DNA of 64,000 bases, from positions 25,544,001-25,608,000 of the forward strand of contig JBHGNT010000001.1 in the NCBI GenBank assembly GCA_043228905.1, in the 5' to 3' direction. This DNA is from Azolla caroliniana (taxonomy: Eukaryota; Plantae; Polypodiophyta). The notes below the pieces were generated by a model. The model ran no database searches. It was not told the DNA's origin and was given only the letters and a program-made list of their open reading frames with translations. Within the stretch, counting starts at the first letter, position 1, and each line of letters starts with the position of its first letter. Both the position numbers and the translations under genes were made by a program. This document shows, in pieces, positions 57,617 to 64,000 of the stretch.

Positions 57617-60286
57617 ATGGAACCACAAACGCTGTCGGAAGCGGCCAGGAAATGGCTCAGGCAACACGGACTGGATGGGTTCTTGACCATCATGGAGGCA
57701 CCACCGCACAAAGAAGCCGACCAGGTCATCAAGGAGCTCGACAAAGAAGTCATCACCGAGGAAGCGATCCGTGCGCTAACAGGCCTTCCGGAGGGAGGTA
57801 TTTTTCAGATCGATAACCCAACCTCGGAACAACTCATCCGATATTTCGGTGAGTACTCTGTAGCCGGCAAAGGCTATCGAACGCAGGGCGGGGAAGATCT
57901 GCTATTCAGGGAGATAGCTCGAGTGCTCCATGAGTACGGCCACGTGTACCCCCGACCCCCTGTCATGCCAAAAAATCGGGTAGGGATGATCATAGCCACC
58001 TATGAAGGGATCAAGGTGGATTGGCTGGTGTTGATTGCAGACGGTTTGTGCGCGGCATTCGACACGGTACGAGGAAAGGATGGCAAGGAGGGCCGGAAGC
58101 TGTGGCATGCCGTAGCTCAGTGGATAACATTGCTCGTGCCGCCGGTCGAGACCGTCCAGCCAAAGAAGCGGCCAAGATTATCGGAAGGAAGCACCTCGAA
58201 ACCCGCGTCCAAACGACAGCAGCTGCTGGCGTCGAAGGTGACGAAAGGGAAGAAACGGCTCCCAGAACCGGAGGAGGTGTCACCGGTCCGACCCGTTAAG
58301 ATAACCATACGGCGACCGGGACAGAAGGAACCTGAACCCGTGACGGCACAGAGACATGCCGTTACCCAGGAAGAGGAAACGGAGGAGCCAGAAGAGCACC
58401 TCCAACGACGGTCAAGAAGTAGGACCGCCGGGACAGCGGGGGAGCGTTCGGACCCGCAAAAGGAAGAAACGCCCCCAACTCAACCTGAGCAAACCACAAG
58501 GGAGGAACCGGAACCGGTGCGTATAGAACCGGCCTTGTCGACTTCTATACAAGAAGTCATTCCAACGGCTCCGGAGACGGCGAGAACCGGAACTCAACAG
58601 CCGGTGAGCCCAGCCAGCACACACAGCGGCCAAGGAGTAGAACCAGAACGGCAGATACAGGCACTCAGGCCAGACAATTCCACAGTGAACGAGCCGACCC
58701 GACCAGTACAGCAGCAAGGCACTAGTAGCATGTGGCTACGGTGGGTAGGCGAGCAGATCGCCGGAGCGGTCGAGTACATAGAGGCGGAGGAGAGAGCGCA
58801 CCACGAACGGTTGCTCGTCACAACCGTAGATCTAGAGACGGCCCGGTCCAGAATCCGGAGCCTTGAACAAGACTTGGACAGGGTCACAAGGGAAATGGCT
58901 CAATTGGCTTTGACAACACAAGTCCAAGCACCGGTGACTCCGGGCAATGTACAGAATAAAGAGTCAGATCAACCTGTACATAGCAATCAGACCCCGGCAA
59001 CGGAAACCGTTCTGGAGAGAAATGCGGCACAAGCCCAAGAGCTTGCGGACTTAAAGGATGAGCTAGCTGCCCAAGAAGCGCTGAGGAGCCGCGAAAGAGA
59101 GTTGAAGACGGCAGCGGAGGCAGAACTCAAAAAGACTACTGAGAATCTACGCCGGGCCGAGGAGAGCTTACGAAAAGGCCACCAAGCGTACGACCGGCTC
59201 AAGGAGGAAAGGGAGAAAATGCTGCAAGAGAAGGACAGGCTCCGGAGAAACGCCGAAACAGAAGTAGAGTGCCTGGAAGAGGAACTCCGGCAGCTAAAGG
59301 ACCGGGAGGACCGGAACCATCGCCAGATCAACGGCAAGCTCAAACAAAAAACGGAGGAATTTGAGCACTTGCACCGGGAGTATAAACGGTTGCAAACGGA
59401 GCACAAGGAACGGACGGATGAGCTCCGGCAAGCAGTTGATCGGACCGCAACGGCATACGCTAATGAACAAGCGGAAACCAGAAGACGGTTGGAAGAGGCG
59501 GAGAAGGTTCGGACAGAGCTCCTCAGGCAACAGCAGGCGGAAAGAGAAAGAGCGGCGGAGGTACTGCAGAGGCTGCAGACAACATATCAAGGGCAGCTGA
59601 CGCGCTACAGAGAGCAGGCGGAGGATACGGCTAATCTCATCAAGCAGTTGAAGGAGGAACGACAAGTTGTGGAAAGTAGAGCACAAATGGGAGCAAGTCG
59701 CATCCAGGATATCATGCGGGCCTGGTTGAACCAGACCAAGATCTTGATTGACAACGGTTCCGTCAAATGGTGGACCAAGTGGGCCACGAACGCGGCGGAA
59801 CTCCAATTGCTCCGGGCCGACGTAGAGAACCGGCGGAAGGAGGGAGATGATTGCTATATGCTGACTTCCGAAGACTTCACCGGCATAAGAGATGAGCTGG
59901 CCGAAGACTTTCAAGCCTTGGCAGAGGACCAACTAGGGCAAATCCGGCAACTTGTAGCTCAGCTGGACGACGACAGGCTGGAGGCGCAGATCCAGTTTGA
60001 AAGCTACGAGAGGTCCCGGATCCGGGAAGAGAAAGCACGAGAACCGGTTACGGTCAACCTCAGTGATGAGGAACCGTTACTGGAAGGAGACCGGACCGGA
60101 AGCAGTCAAACGGGGATGCCGGAGTCAGAGAAACAAACGGAGCAGCCGCCTATAGAGCAGCCGGAGCAGTCTCAGTCCCAACCGCAACCACAGCAGCAGC
60201 AGCAAGAACAACCGCAACAACCACAACCGGAAGAACAATTGGAAACTCTGGAACAAAGTATTTTGGACAATTTGGGTGAACAATGA
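57617..60286 (+). CDS. 889-aa retroelement accessory protein: conserved N-terminal domain, disordered linker, long coiled coil, conserved C-terminal motif, Q/E/P tail
   Basis: Uninterrupted ATG-initiated ORF, homologous in two separate regions to the broken ORF 20444-9925 that follows an OTA integrase. Confidence 0.85.
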   Translation: MEPQTLSEAARKWLRQHGLDGFLTIMEAPPHKEADQVIKELDKEVITEEAIRALTGLPEGGIFQIDNPTSEQLIRYFGEYSVAGKGYRTQGGEDLLFREIARVLHEYGHVYPRPPVMPKNRVGMIIATYEGIKVDWLVLIADGLCAAFDTVRGKDGKEGRKLWHAVAQWITLLVPPVETVQPKKRPRLSEGSTSKPASKRQQLLASKVTKGKKRLPEPEEVSPVRPVKITIRRPGQKEPEPVTAQRHAVTQEEETEEPEEHLQRRSRSRTAGTAGERSDPQKEETPPTQPEQTTREEPEPVRIEPALSTSIQEVIPTAPETARTGTQQPVSPASTHSGQGVEPERQIQALRPDNSTVNEPTRPVQQQGTSSMWLRWVGEQIAGAVEYIEAEERAHHERLLVTTVDLETARSRIRSLEQDLDRVTREMAQLALTTQVQAPVTPGNVQNKESDQPVHSNQTPATETVLERNAAQAQELADLKDELAAQEALRSRERELKTAAEAELKKTTENLRRAEESLRKGHQAYDRLKEEREKMLQEKDRLRRNAETEVECLEEELRQLKDREDRNHRQINGKLKQKTEEFEHLHREYKRLQTEHKERTDELRQAVDRTATAYANEQAETRRRLEEAEKVRTELLRQQQAERERAAEVLQRLQTTYQGQLTRYREQAEDTANLIKQLKEERQVVESRAQMGASRIQDIMRAWLNQTKILIDNGSVKWWTKWATNAAELQLLRADVENRRKEGDDCYMLTSEDFTGIRDELAEDFQALAEDQLGQIRQLVAQLDDDRLEAQIQFESYERSRIREEKAREPVTVNLSDEEPLLEGDRTGSSQTGMPESEKQTEQPPIEQPEQSQSQPQPQQQQQEQPQQPQPEEQLETLEQSILDNLGEQ

Positions 60287-60722
60287 AGGGGCCGAGAAGG
60301 GTTCGACGTACAAGGTACTGTCCCACGGGCGTGCCATGTGTTACCGGCCGGCAAGGAGTCCAAAATACGGAGTGAAGGAATTAATTAAGTATGGTTGTAA
60401 ATAAGCATAGTATGGACGGACGGACTGGAAACGGTATGCCGTTCCAGATCCGGACGGATCCCGAATAGGTGCGATAGGCACCGTTTTGTACTACGGGCCG
60501 GAAACCTATTTAAAGGCCCGGACCCCATTGTAATCGCAGCGGATAATTAATAGAGCGTATGATGTTTATACTTCTGTGTTGATTTCCGTTCTGTACTTAC
60601 TGTTATATCTTACGCGTGTAATTAACAAAAGCGCTCTAATCGTGTAACCTACTTAAGTCGGTGTAATCGTTGAGTCATAATCCTATGCCGTAATCACCCT
60701 TTGGTGAAGTGTCTCCGTGACA
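60287..60722 (+). repeat. 3' UTR/LTR-like region of the accessory-ORF element
   Basis: Purine-rich tract after the stop, TATA-like CCTATTTAAAGG at about 60505, AATTAATA, ends CCGTGACA. LTR start not resolved. Confidence 0.5.
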
Positions 60723-60744
60723 CCTTGTGTTAGGCCTTGTCCGG

Positions 60745-63700
60745 TCAGAGAACAACATGTGCTACTGAGTTGGTCCCTCGCGGTAGGGTACACATCCGCA
60801 CTAGGCCGAGAGGAGTCCGCATCGTCGTGATATCCCTGCTTTCTACGGCTAGTTGGAACTGATCATACCCCAAGTACAGATCACCGACCGAATAGATCGA
60901 CCTTCCAGCGAAGGCCTCCGCGAACTTGTCAATGGTCGGTCCGACACCTGCGTTCCGAATGATCACCTTGTTGACCGGCTGGAGGTCCTGAATAAAGCGC
61001 AATGTGTCATTATTCTTCGGCACAGTAAACCACCGATTCGAATATGGGGCACTCGACGGCTTGAGGATGCCCATCTCCACCTTCAGCTTCAGCAGCACCA
61101 TGAACTTCGGGATGTGAGCTCTGGGTACCGGAATCGGCTTGAGATTCCACAACACATGTGGTACTATGAAGATCACCATTGGTTCCACGATCGTCAGGTC
61201 TACGCACCCGATCTTCCCCAACGCGAATGCGAAGGCCTTCCCGTGCCTTCCGAACATTCTCCAAAACCGGTCCTCCTCCGTCGGCAGTAGGAAGCCACCC
61301 CCACCGATCTTAAGCTCCCGTAGCGTCTTTTCGGTGAACTGGTGTCCTATACCGGCCGGATTCCGCAAACTGGGGTCCGTTGCGACCCCCTTTATCCGCT
61401 CCTCACTGCCCTCCGGCAAGGGAGCTGCGACTGGCCTCACCTTCCGGTCCACAGTCTTGTACCTCATATTTACGCGGGCCGTCCGATCTGACCCGATCCT
61501 TTCCCCAAAGTCGGCAATGACTTCATACATTCCCACAAGTTAACCGGAATCACCCGGTCTTCATTGAGGCCTTCTTCGATCACCTTTCCCATTTCCTCGA
61601 GGGTGTCGTCGAAAGAGACCGCCTCCACGGCGCTACTAATTTCTTTGTCGGGGCGTAGGACTCCGCAGTCTCTGAAACGTTCCTCAACCCTCTTCTTCTC
61701 CCAGCCACCGACGCCAGCTATTGTATAACCTCTGTTGTCGGAGACCCAAAACTTCCTACCTATAGTACAAAACTTCCTTCCTACAGCACACATATGGGGT
61801 TCTTCCGGAGTGTCTGGACTACTGCAGCTCCACGCCTTCATAGCCCTCCCTAAAAATCCCCTCAGCCATCGCTGCCGATAGTTTCGCGGTTACGCTCGTG
61901 ATTCGGTCTCACGGTCAGGAATTGGACGGAGTGTCGTCCATCTTGGCTCTTCACGTGCGCGTATGCCAAACCGTTGTCCAGCACCTTGGTCTCCATACGT
62001 ACCGCCGTACTGTATGGTTCGCCGAGTATCACCGGGTGCGAGGACGTCTCCTACACGAAGAAGTGTTGGTCGATCTTGACATCTCCAATCTTGACGTGTA
62101 CGTTTGGGCATGCCCCATGCCGCTCTTCCGTAGCACGAATCTTCCACACGTGCTTGGTGTTGATTGGCCACTTCCCTTTCTAATAGAAGTCCATGGACAT
62201 CAGGTTAATCTCGGAACCGTGGTCTATCAACACCACTACCAGCTCGTGGACGTCTCCGACCCGAACGGGGGTCTCCATAGTGGCTCTCGCTTAGTGTAAC
62301 CTTGAGTAGTGGCTCTCTGCCAACTCGTCTTCTATGGCCACATCCTCCAGGTGCGTCATTCGCACCTCTACTGTCTTCTCTGGCTCCGGCTCCATCGAGA
62401 GACGTTTACGCTTCACCAAGTCCACGATGGAATCGTGGAACTCCTTCTTGGCGATCCCGAGCACCTCCCTCAATGACAACTCCACCTTGCTGTCGAGAAT
62501 CCGCTCCTCGAGGACCTTCCGTAGGTCCGTCGTCCTTTTTATTTCGGTGCTCAGCCGGTAACCGGTTGGCTTTGCTTTGTCCGCCATGCCGGGATTGCTG
62601 GCATCCTTCTTCTTCGGCCCGAACCGGGTCTCATACCGATTCGGGGGTGCGGTTCCACCGGCCTTCCCTGCCTTCTTGTCATCCACCAGAACCTCGTAGT
62701 TCTGGCACGTGGCCTCCACGAAGCCGATCTTCTCCTCTATCGGGTCGTCCCACCCGGTAACCTCTCGGATTTGCTTCTCCGCACGGTCCGCTTCTTCCTT
62801 CCTCAGTTGTACGTCGGCGAGGCCTTCTATCACCAATGGCCAGAATCTGGAGTCTTCTGTCTTTCGGCCCTCGTCGCTTCCGACCCAAATTTCGGACGAT
62901 GCCAAATAGTGGGCGACCTTTGCATGGCGCGCCACTGCTTCTTCCATCAACCTCTTCATTCCACCGTGCCTGAAGTTCATCTCTAGGGGTCTCCGGGTAT
63001 CACCGGTGTGCACCTGCTCGTTCCATAGGTACACCATATCGCTTCTAAGTGCGTCTACAAAATCCGCGCACTCTTTCCGGGCGTGGCTGACCGCATCGTA
63101 CCACATGCACCGCTGCCCAGCCGGAAACCTCCGATCGCGGGACTGTTCGCCGCTATCTATTCGGGCCTGCGTGATCTGGAGATCGCACACCATCTACATC
63201 AACTCTTCTAGAGCTGCTCCTCTGGATGGGCCCTTTGACCATGCCGGTTGAGGTCGAGCCCGTCTCGAGCCAATCCCGGGTTTCCTCCTTTCGTGTCTTC
63301 GAAGGCTCATTGAAATTCCTTGCCGGGACAGGTCTTACCGCCGCTGATCCCTCGTCGCCCCACTCATGCCGTTTTTCAAAACGACCGCAGACTCTCTTCA
63401 CCATGGCCCAGTCGGCGTCAGCCTGTCATCTATCTCTAGCAGGACACCCACCTGATCTCGATCCCGCAAGTCCACCACTTTGACAAACAACAAGACACGA
63501 CTCGTGTCCACCACGACTCTGTCCACTGCCGAGAGCTGCGCGAAGCGTTCCTCAAACTCCCGGAGAAGCGCCGACGCATTCCTCCCCTTTCTGGGGGTCT
63601 CCACCCAATCCATCAAATCTCACTTCAATAGCCGAAGCACATCATCGAGGCCGTCCCTTCGAGGAGCCGCCCCTCAAACTCTTCCCAGGTCCTGCATCTG

Positions 63701-64000
63701 GCCTGCACCTCGAGCATCTCTGTGTGAATGCCCGGTGTTGCCACCCGAGGGAATCCGGCCAACCACCTATCTTCCGGAATGTCCCTCATCACCATCTCGG
63801 CTCGGTAGGACTCCAAATAGCTCGTGGCGTTCTTCCCACCGAACTGGCTTATTGTGCCGACAATTGCTTCAATGGCCCTGTCGAGGGCGCTCATGCCCTC
63901 GTGAGCACTTACTATCCGATCGACTACTGCCGCCATGGCTTCAGCAAGCAGTGATCCCCTCATCTTTGACTCCTCTACCGCCTTGCTTCACATCGGGTTC
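60745..64000 (-). mobile_element. Third, degenerate copy of the Trp-primed Gypsy (PBS, gag-PR, start of pol; truncated in RT)
   Basis: Window end reads GAACCCGATGTGAA (PBS), then MRGSLLAEAMAAVVDRIV...; strong similarity to 10857-14120 with many stops and frameshifts. Confidence 0.92.

Noticed and set aside
60314-60345. Possible HDV-like ribozyme (TCCCACG loop)
   Set aside because: Could not build the nested double pseudoknot; kept only as a conserved hairpin.

Overview
Repeat-rich nuclear DNA from a non-seed land plant, most likely a fern (inferred from the MTPSL gene, the RTEX-like LINEs and the retroelement lineages). Three host genes are present: a 9-exon EBP1/PA2G4 (29529-33332), an intronless P-class PPR gene (35191-37542) and an intronless microbial-type terpene synthase (45487-46620, minus). 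The rest is largely nested retroelements. Two are intact and very young: a tRNA-Trp-primed Ty3/Gypsy with a 4-bp TSD (10131-17298) and a Tnt1/Tork-like Ty1/Copia (21694-27029). There are also two decayed relatives of the Gypsy, Copia relics, solo LTRs, an L1 LINE and two RTEX-like LINEs. The strongest unexplained signals are two. (1) A -1 ribosomal frameshift cassette (G GAT TTT TAG plus a predicted H-type pseudoknot whose stem covaries across three diverged copies) lies after a Gag-protease ORF in the Trp-primed Gypsy family. (2) A large accessory protein family (one intact 889-aa copy, one broken copy sitting 3' of an Athila/Tat-type integrase) has a conserved N-terminal domain, a long coiled coil and a conserved C-terminal motif, and is followed by a conserved RNA hairpin. 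All calls come from reading the sequence; no database searches were run.
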